A stretch of DNA of 36,526 nucleotides from a virus (taxonomy: Duplodnaviria; Caudoviricetes): positions 1 through 36,526 of the IMG/VR virus record IMGVR_UViG_3300012920_010371; one strand, written 5' to 3'. Shown here piece by piece: positions 1-10,169 of the stretch (its first letter is position 1; every line of letters begins with the position of its first letter). A program made the translations under genes and the position numbers. The notes below the pieces were generated by a model. It worked only from the letters and a program-made list of their open reading frames with translations. It searched no databases and was not told where the DNA came from.

Positions 1-335
1 AATTCGTTCATTTCTAGCCACTGTATTTTTTTCATATCTCTTTGTATTGATTCTAAATATTTATCTCTGGAATTATTATGGAAAAACTTGTTAAACTCAT
101 TGTGTTGTTCACCTTGTACCTCTACTGCTATTTTACGCGTGAAATTAATTAAATCAACTTTTAATCTTGATCCGAAGACAGGAAATTCTTCGTAACAAAT
201 GTGACCTGACCAATAATCCTTAAAAAAGCTTTTGACATTAAACTGAATTTTAGACCGACAAGGCTTATCCCAATCAACTTTATATTTTACTACGTTTTTA
301 TTTACTAATTTGCCGTAAATATTATAAAGTCTCAT
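1..335 (-). CDS. DUF559/Vsr-like PD-(D/E)xK endonuclease (3'-truncated by window edge)
   Basis: Not in the ORF track. ATG at 335 overlaps the recA stop (ATGA). Manual translation MRLYNIYGK...EEFPVFGSRLKVDLINFTRKIAVEVQGEQH...RDMKKIQWLEMNE matches the VD...IAVEVxGxxH...RD..K..WL pattern. Confidence 0.7.
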   Translation of the reverse strand, partial: MRLYNIYGKLVNKNVVKYKVDWDKPCRSKIQFNVKSFFKDYWSGHICYEEFPVFGSRLKVDLINFTRKIAVEVQGEQHNEFNKFFHNNSRDKYLESIQRDMKKIQWLEMNE

Positions 336-1429
336 ACCGTCAAGCTGAGAGTTTGTTTCAGCATATCAAATAGATAGTCTTTTACTTCTGGGTTATCATC
401 AAGATAATTAGTAAAAGCTTCTTCGCCTTGAATCTTTTCTGGAATAGATAAATTTTTAGACTCCAGCTTTTCGATTAAACTTTCTGTTACGTTCAGCCAA
501 GCTCCGGCTCTCTTTACAAAACCCCACTTAAGTAAAGTGTTTAATATTTCATACTCAACCCAAATGCTTTTACCGCCAGTTCTACCGTATTTAATTGGGT
601 ATTTTACAATAGTCCCAGTCGTTTCGTTGGGAGTTTTGCGGAAAATAACCTCGCACCAGTGACCCTCTGCTGCGTCCTCTTTGGCGGCTTTAGAGTCTTT
701 TATTTGATGCTTTGTGTATCTAGGCTGAAACTCTAATATCCAATCTGAAAAGTGAAGGAGCGCGTTGCCTCCAGATGCGTTTGTGAGCTTCGGATCAGTC
801 TTTTCGTACATGTTGATACTGACTTTGCTTCTGACCTGAGAAATTAAAACGCAAATGTGGCCTCTTGTGCTAATTGGAAGGGCCATTCTTTTTAGAAAAT
901 TAGAACTTGTAACTGCTCCGCCTGCAACTTTATTTGACTCGTCGTAAGATCTATCAACATCAGCTTTTGAAATCAAAGCGTCCATCGAATCAATTACGAA
1001 AAAATATCTTTTCTCAGTGGGATTATCTCTAATCAAATGAGAAATAAAGTCACAAACAGTTTCATAAATATTAGATTTAAAAACAAACCATTTCTCAGGA
1101 TCAGTATCAATTCCTGCTCTGGTAATCATATCAGAAGAAAGCCTACCCTCGGCTTTAACGTAGACCACCATAGAATTCTCAACCTGCTTTTGAAAGTTTC
1201 TGGCAAAAGATAAAGAGCAAGAAGTTTTACCGCCCTCTGAGACTCCGCTTGCACGAATTATCGAGGGCCTAAGTCCTCCTCCCATGTGCATATCTAGAAT
1301 TAGACTACCGCTAGAAACGACATAGTCGGTTTCTGCTTCAAAGTTGTAATGCTCCTCTTTATGCTCTTTGAGGTAACGCTCGATTTGACCCAGTGGGTCT
1401 AACTGATCAGTTTTCTTTTTTGCTGCCAT
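332..1429 (-). CDS. RecA/UvsX-like recombinase
   Basis: P-loop GVSEGGKT, Walker B FVIDS, ISQVR and GGNALLHFS motifs of the RecA family. Divergent, phage-type sequence. Confidence 0.9.
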   Translation of the reverse strand: MAAKKKTDQLDPLGQIERYLKEHKEEHYNFEAETDYVVSSGSLILDMHMGGGLRPSIIRASGVSEGGKTSCSLSFARNFQKQVENSMVVYVKAEGRLSSDMITRAGIDTDPEKWFVFKSNIYETVCDFISHLIRDNPTEKRYFFVIDSMDALISKADVDRSYDESNKVAGGAVTSSNFLKRMALPISTRGHICVLISQVRSKVSINMYEKTDPKLTNASGGNALLHFSDWILEFQPRYTKHQIKDSKAAKEDAAEGHWCEVIFRKTPNETTGTIVKYPIKYGRTGGKSIWVEYEILNTLLKWGFVKRAGAWLNVTESLIEKLESKNLSIPEKIQGEEAFTNYLDDNPEVKDYLFDMLKQTLSLTV

Positions 1430-1775
1430 TTCTTAAAAAGTCGAATAATTTATTTTTTTTAGAAGTGATTTTTTTAGCGCCAATCTTGGAGCTAGATAAA
1501 GAGTATTTCTCTTTTGGTTTTAAGTCAAGGGAAAATCTTCTGAATTGAGTTAGTAGATACTCTTTGCCTTTTGGGGTAAGAAACCAAACCAAACTATCCA
1601 TTTTAAAAGGTTTAGGAATGCTTGCCCAAAAAGATTTATCAGGATAAATCTCAATTAGTTTTTTGACAGTGCCTAACTCTCTGCCTCGCGCTAATTTATC
1701 TTTCCATATTTTTTCAGAATTATCTAAAAATTTATGAATTACGAATTGGTAGATTGTTGGTTTTCTTTTTGCCAC
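1407..1775 (-). CDS. hypothetical protein (basic)
   Basis: 122-aa ORF overlapping both neighbours in the same orientation. Confidence 0.65.
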   Translation of the reverse strand: MAKRKPTIYQFVIHKFLDNSEKIWKDKLARGRELGTVKKLIEIYPDKSFWASIPKPFKMDSLVWFLTPKGKEYLLTQFRRFSLDLKPKEKYSLSSSKIGAKKITSKKNKLFDFLRNGSKKEN

Positions 1776-2797
1776 AGCGACAAATCATTTTCTACCATAC
1801 TTTCTACTAGCTTGTCAAACGAAATTTCAGGCTTCCATCCAAGTTCTTCTCTCGCTGGGGTAGAATCTCCATGTAAAAGATCCACCTCTGCTGGCCTGTA
1901 AAATTTTTCATTTATTTCGGCAAGAACTTTGTTTTCTTGAAAAAGTCTAAATTTTGCCTGCATGCCTTTGCCGCTCCAAAGGCCGGGAACTCCGGCAAAA
2001 GTAAAAGCCTTTTCCACGAAAGATTTCACAGAATGAGTTTCTCCGCTAGAAAGGACATAATCTTTTGGCTCATCTTGGTTCAGCATAAGCCAAACCCCTC
2101 TCATAAAGTCTCTGCTGTCGCTCCAATCTCTTTTCGCGTCAACATTACCCAATTGCAAAGGCTCAAAGGACTTGCCCGAATCTAAGGCAAATTTTATTTC
2201 AGCAGCTTTTTTAGTAATTTTTCTAGTTACAAATTCTTCGCCTCTTCTTGTGCCTTCGTGATTAAATAAAATAGAATGAACAGCATAGAGATCATATGAC
2301 TCACGATAAACTTTAACTATGTGTCTAGCCGCAGCCTTTGATGCTCCATAAGGACTTCTTGGTTTAACTGGATGTTTTATGTCTTGAGGGCTATAGTCAA
2401 CATCTCCAAACTCTTCAGACGAGCCTGCGCTATAAAAGCGACAATCTGGCTTAAACTGCCTAATCGCCTCTAAACAGCGAATTACTCCTCCGGTGTTAAC
2501 ATCTAATACGCTTAATGGTACGTCCCAACTTACTCCCACGAAAGAATTAGCGCCAAAATTGATAAAATAATCTGGTTGCAAAGTCTTAACTAAACTGTCT
2601 ATGCTAGCGCTATCAGATAGATCTCCATCTACTAGATTAAAATTATCATGGGTACTAAAAGATTTTATGTTTGTATAATTAGGAGAACCTGATCTGCGCA
2701 TCATTCCATAAACCAGCAAGTCGCCTTTGCTTAAAAGTAGCTCGGCCATATTTGCCCCATCTTGACCAAGAATTCCTGTTATTAATACTTTTTTCAT
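1739..2797 (-). CDS. gmd: GDP-mannose 4,6-dehydratase
   Basis: ITGILGQDG, SSEEFG, PRSPYGASK, LFNHEG, FVTRKIT, LGNVDAKRDW and RPAEVDLLHGD motifs. Confidence 0.95.
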   Translation of the reverse strand: MKKVLITGILGQDGANMAELLLSKGDLLVYGMMRRSGSPNYTNIKSFSTHDNFNLVDGDLSDSASIDSLVKTLQPDYFINFGANSFVGVSWDVPLSVLDVNTGGVIRCLEAIRQFKPDCRFYSAGSSEEFGDVDYSPQDIKHPVKPRSPYGASKAAARHIVKVYRESYDLYAVHSILFNHEGTRRGEEFVTRKITKKAAEIKFALDSGKSFEPLQLGNVDAKRDWSDSRDFMRGVWLMLNQDEPKDYVLSSGETHSVKSFVEKAFTFAGVPGLWSGKGMQAKFRLFQENKVLAEINEKFYRPAEVDLLHGDSTPAREELGWKPEISFDKLVESMVENDLSLWQKENQQSTNS

Positions 2798-3363
2798 AAT
2801 AAAATTGTTTGCCCTGTGTGAGCATGTAAAGTTTGATAATCTCTTATAGCTTTACTTGCGGTAGGCGTTATATTTTTTGGAAGTTCAGAAAATTTAAAAA
2901 ATTTAACTTCTCTACTTTCTTCACTTTTTATTATATCAAAAGAAGTAGGATGTGTTAATAAAAAAATATCTATCATCTGTTTGTAGACAGAATCAGTTGG
3001 GTATTTTCTTATCGTTCCATATTGAGGATCAGAAACAATTGAAAAAACTTTTACTACATCTATATCTAGATTTGTTTCTTCTTTTACTTCTCTTATAGCG
3101 CACTGAACAATATTTTCTCCGGGCTCTAATCTGCCTCCGGGAGTTCCCCAATAATCACCATCAGCCCTGTGTTCTAAGAGTATTTCCTGTTCGTCTTTTG
3201 GAAGTGAAGCGGACTTTAAATAGCTCTGAGCGAATTGAGTCTCAGTAGCTGGTGAAATATCATAAACATTAATACAGCCTTTAATAACTAAGCACCCTAC
3301 GCCGAAAGTAGTAGTAGTTTTTAAATCTGAAGGTAAAGAGTTGTAAAATGTTAATTCAGCCAT
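2794..3363 (-). CDS. Nudix hydrolase
   Basis: Nudix box GGRLEPGENIVQCAIREVKEETNL. Confidence 0.9.
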   Translation of the reverse strand: MAELTFYNSLPSDLKTTTTFGVGCLVIKGCINVYDISPATETQFAQSYLKSASLPKDEQEILLEHRADGDYWGTPGGRLEPGENIVQCAIREVKEETNLDIDVVKVFSIVSDPQYGTIRKYPTDSVYKQMIDIFLLTHPTSFDIIKSEESREVKFFKFSELPKNITPTASKAIRDYQTLHAHTGQTILL

Positions 3364-4133
3364 ATTGGCTTGCCTCCTGAAAAAGTTTGAAGTTTAGATA
3401 GCGATACTACTCCTTTTTGACTAACTGCTTGAGTAGCACATTTATTAGCGAATTTTATTGAATCTACAATATCTTTAGTATGCAAGTAATTGCAAGCTAG
3501 ACCAGCGATAAAAGTGTCACCGGCGCCAGAGACATCCTTGACTTCAATGTCTGGAACTGAATAATTTTTATCTTTATAGTCGCAGCCTTTAGGTCCGACT
3601 GTTTTAACAAGCTTGTTGAAGTATAGTTTTTTATCAAAAATCTTTTTAGACTTTTCGTACTCTACCTCGTTAATTTTTATAAACTTTATATTGCGAGCCC
3701 AGTCGCCTATGATCTTTTTAGTGTCCAGAAAAGTGTTATTATGAGAGTCTGCAATTTTAGAGATATCTTCTTCGAGTAGAAAACCTTTATCGTAGTCAGA
3801 TATTACAACGCAGCCATATTTTGAAAAATTTATTTTATCAAGATTTACTCTATTATATTTTTTACTATTATCAAGACGAAGAAACATTTGATTAGTTTTA
3901 TAATCTACTAATCTAGTCTTAGTGATTTTTTTCCAGTTGTAGTTCGTTACTATATTACAATCAACATTTAGAGATTGAATATTTTTAAAAACATTATGAG
4001 CCATTCCCCTGTTTTCAGTTTTAGAGCGAAAATCTAAAATTGGGACAGGGGCTTCTGGAGCGAGCCTAGTACAATCGCAGTAATAAAAAACGTCTAGGCA
4101 ACTCTCTCCAATGACTAAAATGCTTTTACTCAT
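3351..4133 (-). CDS. PfkB-family sugar kinase, HldE/RfaE kinase-domain-like
   Basis: ILVIGESCLD, RLAPEAPVP, SDYDKG and DVSGAGDTF motifs typical of the heptose-7-P kinase domain. Confidence 0.88.
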   Translation of the reverse strand: MSKSILVIGESCLDVFYYCDCTRLAPEAPVPILDFRSKTENRGMAHNVFKNIQSLNVDCNIVTNYNWKKITKTRLVDYKTNQMFLRLDNSKKYNRVNLDKINFSKYGCVVISDYDKGFLLEEDISKIADSHNNTFLDTKKIIGDWARNIKFIKINEVEYEKSKKIFDKKLYFNKLVKTVGPKGCDYKDKNYSVPDIEVKDVSGAGDTFIAGLACNYLHTKDIVDSIKFANKCATQAVSQKGVVSLSKLQTFSGGKPIWLN

Positions 4134-5010
4134 TTGATTTTAAAAAACTTAAAATATCATTTTTATCAGGAGGAAGATTATCATTGTGCGGTTGAAAACC
4201 TGCTACAACTTCATTAAGGGCAAGGACATATACTTTTTTGCCCGACTTAAGCATTAAGTCATGCGCTATCTGTTTTGCTATGCCGTTTGGATAATCGTCA
4301 TCAATTACAACTCCTCCATATTTTGATTTTTTAAGTTTCTCTATTTGCCTTTCGGATATTCCAAGTGGCCTAATCCAAACTTGGTGGTAAACGCTAACCC
4401 CTCCCCTTTCCTCTGCGGCTTCTTTTGCTGCGAATCTGGTGATAGAATATGGAAACAAAACCCAATCAGGATTTTCTACTTCTATGTCAACTAGAGATCC
4501 AGTGAACGAGTGACTAACTCTATGCTCGCTAACGTAGTAGGGACACTCATCTTGCATAAAAGTATTATATATTTCCGTGTACTCCCTAGAAGTCATAGGG
4601 GCGCATATTTTGACTCCGGGCATACGGAAGGCTAATCCATGATGAGAAGAGCCAGCTACAGGGCCTATGCCGCCCTCCATAGCAATGCTTCGTATAAATA
4701 TTGGACAGTTTATTTTCCAAAGAGCAGATGACCTTCCTGCATAATTAGCAATTATAGAATAATTAAACCATTGGAATCCTTGATATCTTACTACGTAAAT
4801 AGGCCTCTTTCCTGCTAAAGCAGAGCCTACAACGACTCCCCCATTCATAACGTCTGCCATAGGGAGCTCTGTTAAATTTTCTCCGTCTTCCGGTATAGTC
4901 CCGCCAACCCAGCCTACTGCTGTAATGCACTGGCCAAATAGAGGATTGCCTTTGCTTAGATGAAGCCGAGTTATATTTTTAATTGTTTCTTTTAGAGGAA
5001 CTTTTTCCAT
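4126..5010 (-). CDS. ThDP-dependent enzyme, E1-beta/transketolase C-terminal-like subunit
   Basis: ELPMAD...GSALAGKRPI, PIFIR, MPGVKICAP and EHR motifs. Paired with the upstream E1-alpha. Confidence 0.8.
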   Translation of the reverse strand: MEKVPLKETIKNITRLHLSKGNPLFGQCITAVGWVGGTIPEDGENLTELPMADVMNGGVVVGSALAGKRPIYVVRYQGFQWFNYSIIANYAGRSSALWKINCPIFIRSIAMEGGIGPVAGSSHHGLAFRMPGVKICAPMTSREYTEIYNTFMQDECPYYVSEHRVSHSFTGSLVDIEVENPDWVLFPYSITRFAAKEAAEERGGVSVYHQVWIRPLGISERQIEKLKKSKYGGVVIDDDYPNGIAKQIAHDLMLKSGKKVYVLALNEVVAGFQPHNDNLPPDKNDILSFLKSNE

Positions 5011-5801
5011 AATACTTCATTCTTAGTTTCAGCAATTTCTTCTAATTCTTCTAAGCCAAGTTCTTTAGTAATATTTTTTAGGGTATCTTCTTTCTCTTCA
5101 TCTATACCTGCGCCTGCATGCCACCACAGTCTATTTGTTTTTACGTTAAATAAACAAGGCATTGATTTCATTTTCAAAAAAGATTCTTCAATGTCTCTAG
5201 GATCATCAGTGCATTCAAAAGCTTCGCATCCAACAGACTTGGCGAAGTCTACCATCTCCCAGTCTCTTCTAACTTTTTTTTCTGTTAGTATGGAAAGATC
5301 ATTATCTTCAACTATAAAAATTATAGGTATTTTTTTCTTAGTTGCCCAAGCAATGGATGAAAGAACATAATCCTCTTCAGCTGAAGCATCTCCAGTAATT
5401 GAAATAGTAAAATTTTTAGAAGATAATGCATACCCAGTGGCGATAGGAACTTGAGAACCCATCAAGCCATCATGCCCAAACATATTTATTTCCTTAGACT
5501 GAATAGAAGCTGAACCTCCCATTCCATAAGCACATCCGTCGTCTCTGCCTAGAAGCTCTTTTATTAAAGCTTCCGGATCTCCTCCGTAACAAAGATACGT
5601 GCTGTGAGCTCTATGCTGTCCAAAAATAGCTGGCTTACTTTCGAATAAGCAGGAAAACGTAGCTGGGATTAACTCTTGCCCAGCAGAAAGATATAAAGGA
5701 AACTTAAACTTTTTTTGTTCTATTAGAGTAAAAAGTTTTTTCTCAAAAGCTCTACAAAACCAAGCTTTTTTTAGTATGTCAGAAATTAAATTCATTTGCA
5801 T
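4992..5801 (-). CDS. ThDP-dependent enzyme, E1-alpha-like subunit
   Basis: YLSAGQE, HRAH, GMGGS and the ThDP-binding GDA...EDN motif. Confidence 0.88.
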   Translation of the reverse strand: MQMNLISDILKKAWFCRAFEKKLFTLIEQKKFKFPLYLSAGQELIPATFSCLFESKPAIFGQHRAHSTYLCYGGDPEALIKELLGRDDGCAYGMGGSASIQSKEINMFGHDGLMGSQVPIATGYALSSKNFTISITGDASAEEDYVLSSIAWATKKKIPIIFIVEDNDLSILTEKKVRRDWEMVDFAKSVGCEAFECTDDPRDIEESFLKMKSMPCLFNVKTNRLWWHAGAGIDEEKEDTLKNITKELGLEELEEIAETKNEVLWKKFL

Positions 5802-6249
5802 TAATAGTATCTAATGAAGCTGAATTAGCAAAAATTGTGTCTTTGTTTTTCTCTCTAACATCATTTAAATCATTTTCATTATCGTCTACATAAAGAGTAT
5901 GGCCACTTGGGTTTACGTATTTAGATTTGTCTTCTGTTTTATAAATAGTGTGTCGACAATAATTGAAATAATCTAAAATGCCAAAAGTTCTTAAAACTTT
6001 TATACTAGGCTGGTCATGTTTATCTATATCTATCAATCCGCCTCTACTTACGAAACCAATTTTAGAAACTTTTGATTTTTCTTTTAAGAAATTTTTTACT
6101 CCGTATTTAAGAGCAAGTTTATTTCCGAGTTCATCTTCTATAATCAATGGATGCTTCGTTATAAAATTACCCACTAGCATTTTTGCCCAATGGCCTGACC
6201 ATAACGTATCATCTAGGTCAAATATATATGTATCGTAGTAGTCTCTCAT
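5779..6249 (-). CDS. HAD-superfamily phosphatase (MDP-1-like)
   Basis: FDLDDTLW motif I, SR motif II, YVDDN motif IV. Confidence 0.8.
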   Translation of the reverse strand: MRDYYDTYIFDLDDTLWSGHWAKMLVGNFITKHPLIIEDELGNKLALKYGVKNFLKEKSKVSKIGFVSRGGLIDIDKHDQPSIKVLRTFGILDYFNYCRHTIYKTEDKSKYVNPSGHTLYVDDNENDLNDVREKNKDTIFANSASLDTINANEFNF

Positions 6250-6887
6250 TTTCTAGAAAGCTTTATAATTTCACATTCGCTATTAAGAGGAAAAGTTTCT
6301 GACAGTCTTTTTAAAATTTTTACGTTAAGAACACTACCAGCTTTAAAAAGACCTAAATGTTTTTCAGGTATTACGCAATCTTGATTAAGAGATATCACAA
6401 TATCATCTTCACTTGAAGAGTTTAAAAGATCTTCATTAAGATAGCCAAAATTAAAAGAGAAGTCTCCTTTAGTCACATCATCTTCTATAACAAAAGAATC
6501 TGCAGTTTTGTTAGTCCAACTTTCTTCTGTTTCGTACCCTACTGGCTCTCTGCCATAATTATCTTGAAGTCTAACTAAATCATTTTTATCTTTAGTCGAT
6601 TCTACTTCAAGCATAGTGAAGTTGTCGCTCAAAGCTTCAGTAGAGTGGAAAACTCCAGCATGAATAGAAAGATAGCTACCAGTAGAAAGATTCTTAGAGC
6701 CACTTAGAAAAGATAACTTTGCCTCTCCGCTAAGTACTATCAATCCAGTTTTTTTATTTGGATGGCAATGAAAAGAAGTTCTCTCATCTTTATTTATAGA
6801 AAGAAACCAAATAGAAATAGTTTCGTTCTCAAACGAAATAAATTCGTGACCCCAAGGTTTGTGAACTACTGAATTATTTAACTGCAT
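6246..6887 (-). CDS. cupin-domain protein (mannose-6-phosphate isomerase type II-like)
   Basis: KPWGHE, TSFHCHPNK, FHSTEA and DLVRLQDNYGR motifs. Confidence 0.8.
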   Translation of the reverse strand: MQLNNSVVHKPWGHEFISFENETISIWFLSINKDERTSFHCHPNKKTGLIVLSGEAKLSFLSGSKNLSTGSYLSIHAGVFHSTEALSDNFTMLEVESTKDKNDLVRLQDNYGREPVGYETEESWTNKTADSFVIEDDVTKGDFSFNFGYLNEDLLNSSSEDDIVISLNQDCVIPEKHLGLFKAGSVLNVKILKRLSETFPLNSECEIIKLSRK

Positions 6888-7409
6888 TTAGGCAGCATGG
6901 TAAATATCAAGCGCTGCTTTAAGCCATTTGCCCATATGGTCATAATGAGGACATGATACTAGATTTCCGTCAACTACTGCTTCATAGTTTACGTACGTTG
7001 CCCCAGCGTTCTCGATATCATCTTTAATGCTATAGTATCCAGAAGCCTTCCTACCATTTAGAACTTTTGCTGAAATTAACATTTGAGCGCCATGACAAAT
7101 ACAAGCGATAGTCTTTCCGGATGCATTAAAGGCTGTAATGAAATCTAAAACATTTTCTTGCTGCCTTAGCTTCTCTAAAGCTTTCACTCCGCCCGGTATG
7201 ACCAGAAAATCATATTCATCAACATGAGCGTTTGTAAGATCTTTGCTTTCAAAAGTAGCTTTTACCTTTGTCCCTAGAATTCCATAAATGAAACCTTTAG
7301 ACTCTGCTAGAATGTCTACTTCAAAGTCATCTTCATGAAGCCTATACATAGGGTAGAGGACTTCATTGTCTTGATACCCTTCCCAAGTTAGCATTAGTGC
7401 TTTTCTCAT
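6888..7409 (-). CDS. DJ-1/PfpI family protein (glutamine amidotransferase-like fold)
   Basis: EVLYP, VIPGG, ICHG nucleophile elbow and VVDGNLV. Confidence 0.9.
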   Translation of the reverse strand: MRKALMLTWEGYQDNEVLYPMYRLHEDDFEVDILAESKGFIYGILGTKVKATFESKDLTNAHVDEYDFLVIPGGVKALEKLRQQENVLDFITAFNASGKTIACICHGAQMLISAKVLNGRKASGYYSIKDDIENAGATYVNYEAVVDGNLVSCPHYDHMGKWLKAALDIYHAA

Positions 7410-7417
7410 ACTAATCT

Positions 7418-7445
7418 ATTATTTTCAAAAAACTAGATTTATCAA
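7418..7445 (-). promoter_or_regulatory. putative sigma70-like promoter (TTGATA-16-AATAAT), 8 nt before the PfpI ATG
   Basis: Read directly in one of the few intergenic gaps of the cluster. Confidence 0.4.
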
Positions 7446-8974
7446 ATATTTTTAGAGTTTTCTTCTACTATTTTACGAGGGAGAGTTATTTCTAGCATCC
7501 TGTTCATCTCATTTTTGAAAGAATCTCCAAACTTTGAGATCATTCTATCTAGGTACTCTTGATTTGTAAAAAATTTAAGAAAAGCTTCATCTCTAAATTT
7601 AAGCACTTCCCAATTTTTTAGATTTTTAGTTGGCAAAGGATAACACTCGTAAGAATGTTGGGAATATCCTAGCCATCCAGCGTCAGTATTTTCTGGCAAA
7701 CAATCCGGATCTTTTTCAGACCATTCTCTATGAAGTTGACTGCCCGGATATGCCATGCAGCTATAACCATTATAATAATCTATTTCAGTAGTCATTGCTT
7801 CATGCAGCGTCTCACCCATGGTTTCGTAAGTATCTGTGGGAAGACCAAAGATGTAATTCCCAGTAACGCAAATACCTGCATTTCTAGCTTTATTTATCAC
7901 ATCTTGAATATGCACTTCCTCGAACCTACCTTTCGTTACTTCCTGTCTTACTTGTGAGTTTCCTGACTCTATACCTAAGCCGACCCAATTGACTCCAGCT
8001 TCTTTAAGTGGAACTACATACTGTTCTTTTAATGTATTAATTCTAGAGTAGCACCAAATATTAAATTTATAACCTCTCTCTTTAATTAATTTACAAGTTT
8101 CTAGAAAATGATTTGGCTTTAGAACAAATAGCTCATCTGCGATTTTTACATTTGTAATTCCAAAATCTGCAATTTGGTCAAAAAATGAGATAATTTTCTG
8201 AGGAGAAAAATGCCTAAAGCTATTTCTTATAGTTCCGTTATCGTTAAAGGGGGCATTGATGCAGCAAAATGAACAGGTATAAGGGCATCCTAAGCTTGTA
8301 TATAAAGCAGCAAAAGGATTTTGATTATTTGGATGAACTTCATTAGTCCAGCTGTGCCAATTAGCTGTCCTATATTTTGTCATATCCATTAAATCCCACG
8401 ACATTGTAGGAATATCATTATCTAAATCTGCAATTGCAGGAGCCATTTGAGCGTTCTTAACCTCTTTTTTCTTCCAGTCATAAAACCAGAGGCCCGGTAT
8501 TTTTTCTAGCTCAGTAGGATCAGTAGAATCTTTTGCTTGAAGCAATGCCTCAATAGTTCTTGGGCCTTCTCCCCTACAAACTAAGACCTCCTCATCTCTC
8601 GAAATTATAAACTCAGGCAAAGCTGAAGGAGCTAAACCAACATAAATCCTAGTCATGCCTAAGCCTTTTAAAGACTGCATTAGTTTTTCAGCTCCGTGCA
8701 TGTTCTGCGCAGATGCAGAAGGCTGTTGCCCGTAGACAACTAAGCATACGATCTTAGGAGAAAAGTCCTTTATCTTTTGTATAGACTCTTCATGAGATAA
8801 TTGATTTACTTCGCAGTCTAATATATTAGATGTATGCCCCCTATTATTAAGATAGGAAGCTATCATGCCAGCCCAAATAGGCTGTTCATAAGCAGAGAAA
8901 CTCTTGCTTAAGTCTTGATATACTTTTTTAGATGCGTTTGGGTGTACTAATAGTACATCTAAATCATTTTTCAT
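7442..8974 (-). CDS. cobalamin-binding radical SAM enzyme
   Basis: N-terminal B12-binding-like domain (CRGEG), CxxxCxxC in GCPYTCSFC, GIESG and YIFGLP. Confidence 0.9.
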   Translation of the reverse strand: MKNDLDVLLVHPNASKKVYQDLSKSFSAYEQPIWAGMIASYLNNRGHTSNILDCEVNQLSHEESIQKIKDFSPKIVCLVVYGQQPSASAQNMHGAEKLMQSLKGLGMTRIYVGLAPSALPEFIISRDEEVLVCRGEGPRTIEALLQAKDSTDPTELEKIPGLWFYDWKKKEVKNAQMAPAIADLDNDIPTMSWDLMDMTKYRTANWHSWTNEVHPNNQNPFAALYTSLGCPYTCSFCCINAPFNDNGTIRNSFRHFSPQKIISFFDQIADFGITNVKIADELFVLKPNHFLETCKLIKERGYKFNIWCYSRINTLKEQYVVPLKEAGVNWVGLGIESGNSQVRQEVTKGRFEEVHIQDVINKARNAGICVTGNYIFGLPTDTYETMGETLHEAMTTEIDYYNGYSCMAYPGSQLHREWSEKDPDCLPENTDAGWLGYSQHSYECYPLPTKNLKNWEVLKFRDEAFLKFFTNQEYLDRMISKFGDSFKNEMNRMLEITLPRKIVEENSKNI

Positions 8975-10169
8975 TTAAAATGTCTGTTATATAATTAATT
9001 TTAGATTCGCTTAAATCGGGATAGTTTCCTATATACCATCCAAAGTGATGGCAATGATCCGCTTCTGGATAGTCTAGTGGCTCAGGAGCCTTGTAGACAC
9101 CATTGACTTTAATATTAAAATTCTTAACATATTTTTCTATATACGGCTGACGAATCTGGCTGCCTCCACCAGAAAGACCTCTTCTAAACTCTATATCATA
9201 TTTGTTTAGCCTCTCTTCTATTTTATCTCTTAAAGTAAAGTCGGGTTCATTTAGAATAGGAGTAAATGCATAGTTAGAGTTACCTTCATGATTTAAATCA
9301 GTTCTAAACTTTTCTGAGTCTAGATTGTTCATAAAAGTATAGTGATTCTTATTCCTCTGTTCGTTATTAGCATCTAATCTTTTAAGTTGATTAGATGCGA
9401 GGACGGCATTTATTTCTGTGCTTCTAAAGTTATATGCTGCTTCGGTAAAAATAAAATCTGAGTTTAAGTCTGGATAGTCGTCTATATACTCCTGCTTTAA
9501 CGTGTCGTCTGTCGCCTCTCTAAGCATACCGTGAGAGCGAAACATTCTGCATAATTGATAGACCTCAGGATTATTGGTGCTGACCATACCGCCTTCAATT
9601 GAGGTCATGTGGTGAGCATAATAAAAAGAGAAGTTTGATATATCACCAAAAGTACCAACCTTTTGGCCTTTGAAAGTTGCGCCGTGAGACTCGCAAACAT
9701 CTTCTACTAAAATTAAATCATTATCCTTGCATATCTTTAAGATATTATCTGTTAACCCATTGTAGCCTAATACATGAGTTAAAAAAACAGCCTTTGTCTT
9801 TCTAGTAATTTTGTCTAATAGGCGATCTTCATCTATCGCAAGAGTCTTTGGGTTAATATCGCAGAAGACAGGAGTAAAACCGTTTTGTAAAACTGCGGAG
9901 ATATCAGATATCCAAGTAATAGGCGGCACTATAACTTCTGCGCCTTCGGGGAGCATTTGTTTAAGAGCGAGGAAAGTAATTTGATTCGCAGAAGAACCAG
10001 AGTTTACCATTAAGTTGTTTGGTGCGCCTAGCCAACTCCCCCATTCATCTTCAAATTGTCTGACTCTTTTATTATTAGTAAGTATAGGTTGAGGGTCTTG
10101 TGATAAAAAATCAACTAAGACGTTTAAGTCCTCCTTGCTAATATTGTCTGACATCAATGGATGCTTCAT
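8964..10169 (-). CDS. DegT/DnrJ/EryC1/StrS-family PLP enzyme, His-type (ColD/RfbH-like 3-dehydratase)
   Basis: VNSGSSAN and EDVCESHGA. SFYYAHHMTSIEGG has His where aminotransferases carry the Schiff-base Lys. Confidence 0.85.
   Translation of the reverse strand: MKHPLMSDNISKEDLNVLVDFLSQDPQPILTNNKRVRQFEDEWGSWLGAPNNLMVNSGSSANQITFLALKQMLPEGAEVIVPPITWISDISAVLQNGFTPVFCDINPKTLAIDEDRLLDKITRKTKAVFLTHVLGYNGLTDNILKICKDNDLILVEDVCESHGATFKGQKVGTFGDISNFSFYYAHHMTSIEGGMVSTNNPEVYQLCRMFRSHGMLREATDDTLKQEYIDDYPDLNSDFIFTEAAYNFRSTEINAVLASNQLKRLDANNEQRNKNHYTFMNNLDSEKFRTDLNHEGNSNYAFTPILNEPDFTLRDKIEERLNKYDIEFRRGLSGGGSQIRQPYIEKYVKNFNIKVNGVYKAPEPLDYPEADHCHHFGWYIGNYPDLSESKINYITDILNEK

Noticed and set aside
4126-5801. 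Pyruvate dehydrogenase as an auxiliary central-metabolism gene
   Set aside because: The subunits are short and divergent, there is no E2/E3 in the window, and they are embedded in a sugar-modification cluster.
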